A DNA stretch of 37,546 nucleotides from Bryobacteraceae bacterium (GTDB lineage: Bacteria; Acidobacteriota; Terriglobia; Bryobacterales; Bryobacteraceae). Numbering within the stretch: the stretch's first letter is position 1; the number at the start of each line of letters is the position of its first letter. Both the position numbers and the translations under genes were made by a program. Of the stretch, positions 27,168-34,860 are shown one piece after another. The DNA is taken from NCBI GenBank assembly GCA_045807985.1, contig JBJMGL010000127.1, forward strand, positions 1 to 37,546, read 5' to 3'. Below the pieces are notes generated by a model that ran no database searches, was not told the origin of the DNA, and worked only from the letters and a program-made list of their open reading frames with translations.

Positions 27168-28610
27168 TCAGGCCCTTGGTGTCGAGCCGTTAGCCTTCCC
27201 ATCGGAACCAGAGCGGTCATTGATCCCCCTTACCTTTCCCAATAGTTCGGACATTTGCATTCCAGACAGCGTCTCAAAGAGCGCCGGAATCTGGGCTGCC
27301 ATTTTGGTCATATCGCCAGTAATTTTATGCATGCCGGCAGCTCCGTTTTCGCCAGTGGACACGATCGTGATTTTGTCCACATTGGCAAGCGGTGCCGCTA
27401 ACGCTCTTACGACTTCAGGCATGTTGGTAATGAGTTTGTCCACCACAGCGGCCTGGTTCCATTCCTGATAGGCCTCGGCTTTCACGTTCATTGCCTTGGC
27501 TTCCGCTTCGCCCTTCTTGGCAATGATTTCGGCATCCGCCTCGCCTTGCAACCGCGTCGCGGCAGCAGCGCCTTCAGCTTCGGCAGTCACCTTTCTCCGC
27601 ATGGCTTCAGCGATCATCTCGATCCGTTTCCGTTCGATTTCGGCGCCCTTCAGAACGGTCGCGATGAGTTCCTTTTCGTGACGCAGAATCTCTGCTTCCT
27701 GTACTTTAATTTCACCTTCCTTTTCCACCTGGCGGACCCGAACAGCTTCCGTGGCCACTTGCTGCTGCATGATGTTTGCTTGGATGTCGTATGATTTATC
27801 CGCTTGGGCTTGCTGGCGTTTAATCGTCTCGACGTACTGCGCTTTTCTGATTTCCAGGTCGCGCTGAGCTTCGGCCTGCGCCGCTAAGGAGAGCGCTTCG
27901 GCGAGCACGCGTTCCTGGTCTGCTTGCGCTCTGGCGACCGCAGAGGCTCGCATTGCTTCAGCCCGTTTAATGGCAGTGTCCCGTTCTGCTTCTGCGGCTG
28001 CTACATCCGCATCGCGCCGGATGCGAGCGACATCGGGACGGCCCATATTCGTGATGTATTCGTTTTTGTCGCGAACTTCTTTAATGGTGAAAGAGACAAC
28101 CTCCAGGCCCATCTTGCTCATATCGTCGGCGCAGGTAGCTCGCATGCGGTCGCCTACCATTTCAGGCTCTTTTACGATCTGCTCGACGGATAACTGTCCG
28201 ATGATGCCGCGCAGATGTCCTTCCATGACGAGCCGGATCAAGCCTTCCCGCGCTTGGTCCGTTTTCGTCAGGAATTGCTCCGCGGCGGTTTGGATGGATT
28301 CGGGATCGCTTTTCACTTTAATTTGCGCCACGGCTTCCACAGTCACAGCCACGCCTTGTTTGGTATAAAGATCCTGCTGCGGCGCGACATCGAACGACAT
28401 GAGCTGTAAAGAAAGTTGACGGTAGTTCTCAACCATGGGGACGATCATGGTTCCGTGGCCTTTTACAATGCGGGTTCCGCGTATCCCATACACAATCAGG
28501 GCTTCATGCGGACCCGCTTTTCGATATATCGCCGCCATGGCAGTCATAAAGCTGAGCAGAATCAGCACCACAACGACTGAAATAATCACAACTTCACCGG
28601 ACATTTCCAT
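27168..28610 (-). CDS. flotillin-family SPFH (band 7) protein
   Basis: N-terminal TM, then an SPFH domain ('HEALIVYG...', 'VEAVAQIKV'), then a long Ala/Glu-rich flotillin repeat region ('AEAERDTAIKRAEA..AQAEAQRD'). 480 aa, YqiK/FloT-like. Confidence 0.9.
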   Translation of the reverse strand: MEMSGEVVIISVVVVLILLSFMTAMAAIYRKAGPHEALIVYGIRGTRIVKGHGTMIVPMVENYRQLSLQLMSFDVAPQQDLYTKQGVAVTVEAVAQIKVKSDPESIQTAAEQFLTKTDQAREGLIRLVMEGHLRGIIGQLSVEQIVKEPEMVGDRMRATCADDMSKMGLEVVSFTIKEVRDKNEYITNMGRPDVARIRRDADVAAAEAERDTAIKRAEAMRASAVARAQADQERVLAEALSLAAQAEAQRDLEIRKAQYVETIKRQQAQADKSYDIQANIMQQQVATEAVRVRQVEKEGEIKVQEAEILRHEKELIATVLKGAEIERKRIEMIAEAMRRKVTAEAEGAAAATRLQGEADAEIIAKKGEAEAKAMNVKAEAYQEWNQAAVVDKLITNMPEVVRALAAPLANVDKITIVSTGENGAAGMHKITGDMTKMAAQIPALFETLSGMQMSELLGKVRGINDRSGSDGKANGSTPRA

Positions 28611-29229
28611 TCTCCTTTTGCAATGTTTCTGAACCGAGCCATGGGCTGTTCAACTGGGTCATTGCTTCCCAGGTGCGTACGTATGCAATTCCCTTTTCGT
28701 AGCGGGTGACAATCACTTCTTGTCCACGGCTAATATCGATGTTTTCTTCACTGCGCGCGGGCACCAGCTTTCTGCCTCCGTCACGAAGATAAATCACTTC
28801 GCCCACTCCGCCGGACCGTATCGGGCTGGATACCTGACCGAGTACTCCGGTCATTTCGTAGTCGGCGGGATTCAGCGGGCGCTCACGATTCTGCAAAAAA
28901 TTTAGAAAGCGGGATAAGAGCCAAGCTCCCAGCAGTCCGACTGCGGTTGCGAATCCAAAATCAACCCACAGTTCCAGACCGGAATGGCGTGTGAGCAGGT
29001 AGCCGATGCCGCCAAACCATGCCATGAATACAGCAATGGAGCCTGGGTTCAGCATGTCGGATACATGCGAGTGGCCGTGATGAGCCGGGCCATGGTGACC
29101 CGCCCCGTGATGCCCGTGGTGGCCCAAGTGGAAGTGGCCATGCCCAATGTCCATGCCGCCCAGGAGCGAGATCACGCTCCATAAACCGCCCACCGTCAAG
29201 CAAAACAGATAAATGTCAGGCCACGTCAT
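28594..29229 (-). CDS. NfeD/YqiJ-like membrane protein with a His-rich loop
   Basis: TM helices flank 'GHGHFHLGHHGHHGAGHHGPAHHGHSH'. The C-terminal OB-fold NfeD domain is 'GVLGQVSSPIRSGGVGEVIYLRDGGRKLVPARS...GQEVIVTRYEKGIAYV'. The gene overlaps flotillin by 17 nt. Confidence 0.8.
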   Translation of the reverse strand: MTWPDIYLFCLTVGGLWSVISLLGGMDIGHGHFHLGHHGHHGAGHHGPAHHGHSHVSDMLNPGSIAVFMAWFGGIGYLLTRHSGLELWVDFGFATAVGLLGAWLLSRFLNFLQNRERPLNPADYEMTGVLGQVSSPIRSGGVGEVIYLRDGGRKLVPARSEENIDISRGQEVIVTRYEKGIAYVRTWEAMTQLNSPWLGSETLQKENGNVR

Positions 29230-29707
29230 GTTCCCTTCCTTCTTTCAACTGCAATACTTCCCATAAACGCCCGACGAGATCCGGCGTGTCAAGAATGGCA
29301 GCAAGCAGCAGCAGGCACTTACGCGTGTCACTGTGCCGTGAAATTTGGAGCAATGCTTCTGCCAAAGGGGGATCTCGGCGGAATCGTTCGGCTCCCGCAA
29401 TAAACCAGAGATCCAGTTTGTCCTCCGCATCTCGCAAGTCACTGATCAGTTCTGTTTGAAAGCCTTCCGGATCGTCCACCAGATAACCGGGATGAACACG
29501 AAAGAATTTAGCTAGTAGTAGGCGCGTAGTGTTGGTTAAGTGCTTACGGCGTCCGCTCTCTAATTGCGAAAGATAAGGCTGGCTTACGGTGCGCTGAAAT
29601 TCACTACGGATGGCGCTAACCACCTCCTTTTGCGTCATCTCACGGCCAAGGCCGCGAAGGTGGCCTTCCACGAGGCGGAGATACCGAATTTTCTCGGCAA
29701 CGCTCAT
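29216..29707 (-). CDS. XRE-family helix-turn-helix transcriptional regulator
   Basis: 'MTQKEVVSAIRSEFQRTVSQPYLSQLESGRR' is a Cro/C1-type HTH. The C-terminal domain of about 80 aa is unrecognised. The gene overlaps NfeD by 14 nt. Confidence 0.8.
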   Translation of the reverse strand: MSVAEKIRYLRLVEGHLRGLGREMTQKEVVSAIRSEFQRTVSQPYLSQLESGRRKHLTNTTRLLLAKFFRVHPGYLVDDPEGFQTELISDLRDAEDKLDLWFIAGAERFRRDPPLAEALLQISRHSDTRKCLLLLAAILDTPDLVGRLWEVLQLKEGREHDVA

Positions 29708-29708
29708 A

Positions 29709-29721
29709 TAGCAATCTGCTA
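29709..29721. promoter_or_regulatory. palindrome TAGCA-N3-TGCTA immediately upstream of the XRE start codon (candidate autoregulatory operator)
   Basis: Seen directly. It lies between the putative minus-strand -10 (29724-29729) and the ATG (29707). Confidence 0.3.
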
Positions 29722-29723
29722 AC

Positions 29724-29752
29724 TATATATCACAAATTGCAATCTTCTACAA
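29724..29752 (-). promoter_or_regulatory. putative sigma70-type promoter for the XRE-NfeD-flotillin-PspA operon
   Basis: Reverse strand: TTGTAG (29752-29747), 17-nt spacer, TATATA (29729-29724). This would give a very short leader (~10 nt). Confidence 0.35.
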
Positions 29753-29766
29753 TCCTTTTGTATAAT
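29737..29766 (+). promoter_or_regulatory. putative sigma70-type promoter for the ECF sigma operon
   Basis: TTGCAA (29737-42), 18-nt spacer, TATAAT (29761-66), about 140 nt upstream of the ATG at 29907. Its -35 lies 5 bp from the -35 of the opposing promoter. Confidence 0.45.
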
Positions 29767-29906
29767 TTTCGAGAGCTGGCGTGTTCTCTTGGCAGTTTCT
29801 CTTCCAGCCGCTTGGACTTCTAAGGTAAAGCTTTGTAACCTAACAAGTTGCTGGAGCGCCTAGTTGTATAGGGAGATTTACAGATTCCGGCGGATTTGCG
29901 GCCGGT

Positions 29907-30482
29907 ATGCTTGTTGAACAAGATCTAATCGAGAAGGCGCGAACCGGGGATGCTGGAGCGTTTAATCAGATAGTTCTGGCTTACCGGCGGCGTATTCTCG
30001 GCACCATCTCGCGGCTAATTGGACGCCCGGAAGATGTTGAGGATGTAGGACAAGAGGTTTTTGTCAGGTTGTACTATTCGTTGGATCAGCTTCGGACCGC
30101 TGAGGTGTTCGAGCCTTGGCTTTACCGGCTGACTGTGAATGCCTGTTATGACTATTTGCGGCGGGCAAAGCGCCGGAATGAATCTCGTATGGCGGATCTA
30201 AGCGAGCAGCAGGTGATGATGGCTGACTCGCTCGCTGGAGGAAGACAGGAAACGGAGGAGCGGCAAAAGGGAGAGACTCGGGAGTTCATGGACGCGCTGT
30301 TTCAGCATGTTTCCGAAGAGGACCGTTTGTTGCTTACTTTGAAGGAAGTGGAAGGGTTGTCGCTGAAGGAGTTAGAACGGATCTACAGGGTGAATGAGAA
30401 CGCGTTGAAAGTTCGCCTTTTCCGTGCTCGTCAGCGAGTTCTGAAGGCATATCAGACTGCTGTTGCGAACGGCAGGTTTTAG
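29907..30482 (+). CDS. ECF-type RNA polymerase sigma-70 factor
   Basis: Region 2: 'EDVGQEVFVRLY......FEPWLYRLTVNACYDYLRR'. Region 4: 'LLLTLKEVEGLSLKELERIYRVNENALKVRLFRARQRV'. Confidence 0.9.
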   Translation: MLVEQDLIEKARTGDAGAFNQIVLAYRRRILGTISRLIGRPEDVEDVGQEVFVRLYYSLDQLRTAEVFEPWLYRLTVNACYDYLRRAKRRNESRMADLSEQQVMMADSLAGGRQETEERQKGETREFMDALFQHVSEEDRLLLTLKEVEGLSLKELERIYRVNENALKVRLFRARQRVLKAYQTAVANGRF

Positions 30483-30501
30483 GGTTAGCTGAGGAGACGC
30501 T

Positions 30502-30870
30502 GTGGATGGTATGAGGAAACAAGAGATGATGAGTGACGACGAGTCCGGACTGGATCAATTCTTCCAGCACTACCGCCGATCGTTTCCCGACATGGAGCCT
30601 TCCGTTAATTTCATGCCCATGCTTTGGCAGAAGATCGAGGCGCGTCATAGCTTTCCGTTTATCTTCCGCAGACTGGGCCGGAGCGTGATGACAGCCTCGG
30701 CTGCCTTATGTTTACTGCTATTGGCGCTGAACTTGGCGACAACACCTCAGATGAGCGCAAGCTACGCGGATGCTCTGATTGCGGAGGGTTCGGCGGAGCA
30801 GACGGACTACACAGAGGCAATCGTAAGCACCTCTTCCCTGGAGGGCGTTCCTTCTCCTCCGCGCCGTTAA
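30502..30870 (+). CDS. putative anti-sigma factor (single-pass membrane protein)
   Basis: GAGGAG lies 5 nt upstream of the GTG at 30502. The layout is a cytoplasmic N-terminus, the TM helix 'VMTASAALCLLLLALNLA' and a short periplasmic tail, in the position directly after the ECF sigma gene. Confidence 0.6.
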   Translation: MDGMRKQEMMSDDESGLDQFFQHYRRSFPDMEPSVNFMPMLWQKIEARHSFPFIFRRLGRSVMTASAALCLLLLALNLATTPQMSASYADALIAEGSAEQTDYTEAIVSTSSLEGVPSPPRR

Positions 30871-30891
30871 GGATTTTGAGTTTAGGTCAGC

Positions 30892-31323
30892 ATGAAGCGA
30901 AATCAGTGGTCGGCTGTTCTCCTGGCAATGTTGCTGTTTTGCTGTGGAGTCGCTGTGGGAGCTTTGGCGCACCGATACTACAGCGCCACGGTTGTGAATG
31001 CGAAAGGCGAAGATTTACGCCAGCATTATTTGTCTGAGATGCGCTCAAAGCTGGGGTTAACGTCCGCGCAGGTGAGCCAGCTTGAAGCGATCATGGACGA
31101 AACGAAAGCGAAAACGAGAGCAGTGCGCGATCAGTACCGGCCTGAGATGCTCAAGGTTAGAAATGAACAGATCAACCGGGTGAAGTCGATTTTAACTCCA
31201 CAGCAGATTCCTATCTACGAGCAGCTTGTCGCTGAACGGGAACGCCGTGCCCGGGAACAGGAAGAGCATGACCGGAAAGAAGAGCAGAAACGGGCCGCGT
31301 CCCGGCATCAATTGACGCACTAG
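30892..31323 (+). CDS. periplasmic LTXXQ-motif protein (Spy/CpxP/ZraP/CnrX-like 'heavy-metal sensor' family)
   Basis: N-terminal anchor/signal 'WSAVLLAMLLFCCGVAVGALA'. Two LTXXQ motifs ('LGLTSAQVSQL', 'ILTPQQIPIY') and a charged helical tail. Confidence 0.75.
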   Translation: MKRNQWSAVLLAMLLFCCGVAVGALAHRYYSATVVNAKGEDLRQHYLSEMRSKLGLTSAQVSQLEAIMDETKAKTRAVRDQYRPEMLKVRNEQINRVKSILTPQQIPIYEQLVAERERRAREQEEHDRKEEQKRAASRHQLTH

Positions 31324-31364
31324 ACAGGTTTAGATACAGACAGCGAGGGGTGTAGAATTGCCGT

Positions 31365-32795
31365 TTGTTCCAATGTCTTGCTGTTTTCGCCTGTGTCAGT
31401 CTCCTTTGTCCCTTCTTGGCTTGGGGGCAAAGGAGACTGACACCCGGTACAGAGCCATTTATAGCTCTGCATGAGCGCTCACTGGCGCTGGTCCATGTGC
31501 GTGTCATTGACGGAACTGGAAGTGCTGCGCGGGAAAATCAAATCGTCGTTATTGAGAACGGCCAGATCCGCGCAGTAGGAACTCCAGAAAGTACCCCGGT
31601 ACCAGCTGGCGTGCGGCAACTCGACTTATCTGGGCATACCGTCTTCCCTGGCTTAGTCGGTATGCACGAACACTTATTTTATCCTTCTGGCGGCGGTGTG
31701 CCGATCTATAGTGAGCAGGCATTCAGCGCACCGCGCTTGTACCTCGCCTCAGGTATCACAACCATGCGAACCGGCGGTTCGCTTGAGCCTTACACAGATA
31801 TTAATATCAAGCGGCTTATCGATGCAGGTAAAATGCCAGGACCCAAAATGGACGCTACCGGACCCTATATTGAAGGACCCGGCAGTTTTTCCATTCAAAT
31901 GCCGAGTATCAATTCGCCGGAACAAGCTCGCCGTACAGTGGATTTTTGGGCGCGCGAAGGCGCTACTTCTTTCAAGGCATACATGAATATTTCGCATGAC
32001 GCACTTGGTGCGGCGATTCAGGAAGCTCACCGGCGCGGGCTGAAGATGACTGGACATCTCTGCTCAGTTGGCTTCACCGAAGCAGCGGAACTGGGCATCG
32101 ACAACCTGGAGCATGGCCTGTTGGTAGATGCTGAGTTTGCTTCCGGCAAGCAGCATAACGCGTGCCCGAGCAATCAGCAGGTAATGGCCTCCATCATGAG
32201 CTTAGATTTGAAGGGACCGGAAGCGCAACGTATGATTCGTACTCTAGTGGGGCATCATGTTGCCATTACGTCTACTCTGGCGGTGTTTGAAGCTTTTCTG
32301 CCCGGACGTCCGCTATTCGAAGAGCGCCAACTTCAAGCAATGTCGCCGGAAGCAGCAATTAGCTACTTGACAGCCAAGGAACGCGTTAGTCATGGCACCA
32401 TCCGCGACGAGAAATGGCTTAGAAAAGAAATGGAGTTCGAGCGGGAATTTGTTGCAGCGGGCGGTTTGTTAATTGCCGGTTGTGACCCTACGGGCAATGG
32501 TGGCGCTCTGCCCGGCTTTGGCGATCAGCGAAACTTAGAATTGCTGGTGGAGGCGGGTTTTAAGCCGGAGGAAGCAATACGCATTTATACGCTGAATGGG
32601 GCGCAATATCTGGGCCAGGCGGATCGCATTGGCTCGATCAACTCCGGTAAGCAGGCTGATTTGGTTGTTGTCGAGGGTGATCCTTCCGCTCAAATCGCTG
32701 ATTGCGAAAAGGTCAAATATGTATTCAAAGAAGGTGTTGCTTATGACCCGGCAAAGCTGATTGACTCTGTGCGCGGCACACTTGGTATTCACTAA
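31365..32795 (+). CDS. amidohydrolase-family metallo-hydrolase (probably secreted)
   Basis: 'VHVRVIDGTG', 'PGLVGMHEHL' (HxH metal site), 'FKAYM', 'GHL', 'CDP', 'ADLVVVEGDP'. The only in-frame start before the domain is the TTG at 31365 (a stop lies at 31353). Confidence 0.8.
   Translation: MFQCLAVFACVSLLCPFLAWGQRRLTPGTEPFIALHERSLALVHVRVIDGTGSAARENQIVVIENGQIRAVGTPESTPVPAGVRQLDLSGHTVFPGLVGMHEHLFYPSGGGVPIYSEQAFSAPRLYLASGITTMRTGGSLEPYTDINIKRLIDAGKMPGPKMDATGPYIEGPGSFSIQMPSINSPEQARRTVDFWAREGATSFKAYMNISHDALGAAIQEAHRRGLKMTGHLCSVGFTEAAELGIDNLEHGLLVDAEFASGKQHNACPSNQQVMASIMSLDLKGPEAQRMIRTLVGHHVAITSTLAVFEAFLPGRPLFEERQLQAMSPEAAISYLTAKERVSHGTIRDEKWLRKEMEFEREFVAAGGLLIAGCDPTGNGGALPGFGDQRNLELLVEAGFKPEEAIRIYTLNGAQYLGQADRIGSINSGKQADLVVVEGDPSAQIADCEKVKYVFKEGVAYDPAKLIDSVRGTLGIH
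31394..31442. repeat. perfect 15-bp inverted repeat with a 19-nt spacer
   Basis: TGTCAGTCTCCTTTG (31394-31408) is the exact reverse complement of CAAAGGAGACTGACA (31428-31442). It lies inside the predicted signal-peptide codons of the amidohydrolase ORF. Confidence 0.8.
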
Positions 32796-34804
32796 TGACA
32801 AAACTTTCCCTGATTAGCTTGCGGGTATTTTGCGCCTGTCTTTTCATTTCTTTTATCCAAGCGCAGGAGCCCTCGGTCGGGCCCATTCTTAAGCAGTTAG
32901 AGCAGGTACGTGCCATTTCGGGAGTTACGATTTCGCCAGACGGCGGGAAAGTAGCTTGGATCATCACAACGCCGGATGGCAAAGGTAATGATGTTTATTT
33001 GCTTGACTTAAAGTCAGGTGCGCCGAAGCTGATTCAGGCGGGTAATAGCGACGGAGTTCATCAAAATGCCGGGATTCGCTGGTCGCCTGATAGCAGGGTT
33101 ATTGCTTTTCTTTCCGATGCCGGCTCGCCGTCACAACAGCAGGTGTACTTGTACGCGGTTGGGGAAGGCAAAGCGCAGCGGGTTACCTCATTGAAGGGGT
33201 ATGTTACTGACATCCGCTGGTCGCCTGACGGGAAACAATTGGCGTTTCTTTATGCGGAGGGTGGTGGAGGCGGCGGTCCGCTGGAGGCGGAGCCCGCTCA
33301 AACCGGCGCGATTGGAAGTGACGTTCACAATCAGCGGCTTACGATTATCGGTGCAACAGGCGGCAACATGCGCCAGGTGTCGCCCGCTGAACTGAATATT
33401 TATGAGTATGACTGGGCTCCGGATGGAACACGATTTGCTGCTTTGGCGGCTCCGGGTCCAGCCGATAACAATTGGTGGATTGCGCAGCTTTATACGGTGG
33501 CGGTGAATTCGGGGCAGATGACCCCCCTGTATCGTCCACCAGTTGACCGTCAGCTTGCCGTGCCGCGCTGGTCGCCGGATGGTGAACAGATCGCCTTCCT
33601 TGGCGGAATCATGAGCGACCAGGGATTTAACGGCGGCGATCTTTTCGTAATCAACAGCAGCGGAGGAGAGCCGCGCAACATGACCTCCGGGCGAAAAGCT
33701 TCGCCGAGCGGTTTGTCGTGGCAGAGCAGTACTCACATTATTTTCACGGAGACTGTTGATGGACATGGGGCTATATCGACCCTTGACGTGAACAGAGGAC
33801 AGAGAGAGACGATCTGGCAAGGCAACGAGGGGGTCCATCAGGACGGCAATTTCCCGAACTTTTCACTGGCTAAGGATGGGCGGACCAGCGCTATCGTCCG
33901 GTCTTCCTGGGAGCGTGCTCCGGAAGTGTGGGCCGGGCCGATTGGCGAGTGGCGTCAACTGACGCGTGTCAACGCCGACCAGAAACCGCATTGGGGCAAG
34001 GCCGAAAGTGTTATATGGCAGAACGAAGGATTTCGGATGCAGGGCTGGCTGCTTTATCCCGAGCATTATGACCCGGCCCAGCGCTATCCGATGGTGACGG
34101 AAATTCATGGCGGGCCTGCTGGTTCCGTGACGCCCGCTTGGCCGTCCGCTCGTTTTGATATGTCGGTTCTGGCGAGCTTGGGGTATTTTGTCTTTTTCCC
34201 CAATCCTCGCGGCAGCTATGGAGAGGGCGAAGCGTTTACCAGAGCGAATGTCAAAGATTTTGGCGGCGGCGACTTGCGCGACATTCTCGCTGGCGTCGAT
34301 CAGGTGATCAAGCAAGCGCCGGTAGATAGCAACCGCTTGGGAGTGACAGGCTGGAGTTACGGCGGCTTTATGACCATGTGGACGGTTACGCAAACGAACC
34401 GTTTTCGCGCGGCGGTAGCGGGCGCGGGTATTGCGAACTGGCAGAGCTATTACGGCCAAAACTCGATTGATGAATGGATGATTCCTTACTTTGGAGCTTC
34501 GGTTTATGATGACCCGGCGGTCTACGCGAAGAGCTCTCCCATCACATTCATCAAGCAGGTGAAGACGCCCACGCTGGTGGTGGTGGGAGAGCGTGATGGC
34601 GAGTGTCCAGCGCCGCAGTCCTTTGAGTTCTGGCATGCGCTGAAATCTCAGAAGGTGCCGACACAACTCGTGGTTTACCCGGGCGAGGGCCATGGATTTC
34701 ATGAGCCGAAAAACCGTTTGGATGTCCTGCGACGGACGATTGAGTGGTTTAGTGCTTATCTCAGGGAGAATTCTCCGGCCCAAAGCGCCACAGCGCTAAA
34801 ATAA
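32795..34804 (+). CDS. S9 prolyl-oligopeptidase-family serine peptidase (acylaminoacyl/dipeptidyl-peptidase-like)
   Basis: Signal peptide; WD-like propeller repeats ('IRWSPDSRVIAF', 'IRWSPDGKQLAF', 'PRWSPDGEQIAF'); 'TGWSYGGFMT', 'GERDGECP', 'GEGHGF'. The start overlaps the upstream stop (TAATG). Confidence 0.9.
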   Translation: MTKLSLISLRVFCACLFISFIQAQEPSVGPILKQLEQVRAISGVTISPDGGKVAWIITTPDGKGNDVYLLDLKSGAPKLIQAGNSDGVHQNAGIRWSPDSRVIAFLSDAGSPSQQQVYLYAVGEGKAQRVTSLKGYVTDIRWSPDGKQLAFLYAEGGGGGGPLEAEPAQTGAIGSDVHNQRLTIIGATGGNMRQVSPAELNIYEYDWAPDGTRFAALAAPGPADNNWWIAQLYTVAVNSGQMTPLYRPPVDRQLAVPRWSPDGEQIAFLGGIMSDQGFNGGDLFVINSSGGEPRNMTSGRKASPSGLSWQSSTHIIFTETVDGHGAISTLDVNRGQRETIWQGNEGVHQDGNFPNFSLAKDGRTSAIVRSSWERAPEVWAGPIGEWRQLTRVNADQKPHWGKAESVIWQNEGFRMQGWLLYPEHYDPAQRYPMVTEIHGGPAGSVTPAWPSARFDMSVLASLGYFVFFPNPRGSYGEGEAFTRANVKDFGGGDLRDILAGVDQVIKQAPVDSNRLGVTGWSYGGFMTMWTVTQTNRFRAAVAGAGIANWQSYYGQNSIDEWMIPYFGASVYDDPAVYAKSSPITFIKQVKTPTLVVVGERDGECPAPQSFEFWHALKSQKVPTQLVVYPGEGHGFHEPKNRLDVLRRTIEWFSAYLRENSPAQSATALK

Positions 34805-34860
34805 TTGAAGTTGCACACAGCCTGCCTTTGGCGGTAGAGCCTTGATACGCAAATTGCAAG

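Noticed and set aside
26492-27220. Track start of PspA at 27220 (a 53-nt overlap with flotillin)
   Set aside because: The canonical PspA N-terminus MPLLDRV begins at the ATG at 27154 and is preceded by a G-rich RBS. The upstream 22 codons have no family counterpart.
29835-29862. ECF-type promoter GTAACC-N16-CGCCTA as a stand-alone feature
   Set aside because: Only the AAC and CG cores match generic ECF consensus. It is too weak to list as a feature, so I mention it only inside the finding.
33188-34783. Long antisense ORFs (216 aa and 306 aa) inside the S9 peptidase gene
   Set aside because: They lie opposite a gene with unambiguous catalytic motifs, and the products are Arg-rich with no motifs. 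This is typical antisense frame openness in GC-biased coding DNA. The same reasoning applies to 17266-17925 in fumC, 21667-22386, 22855-23427, 9760-10308 and the plus-strand ORFs inside the OPT gene (10698-12577).
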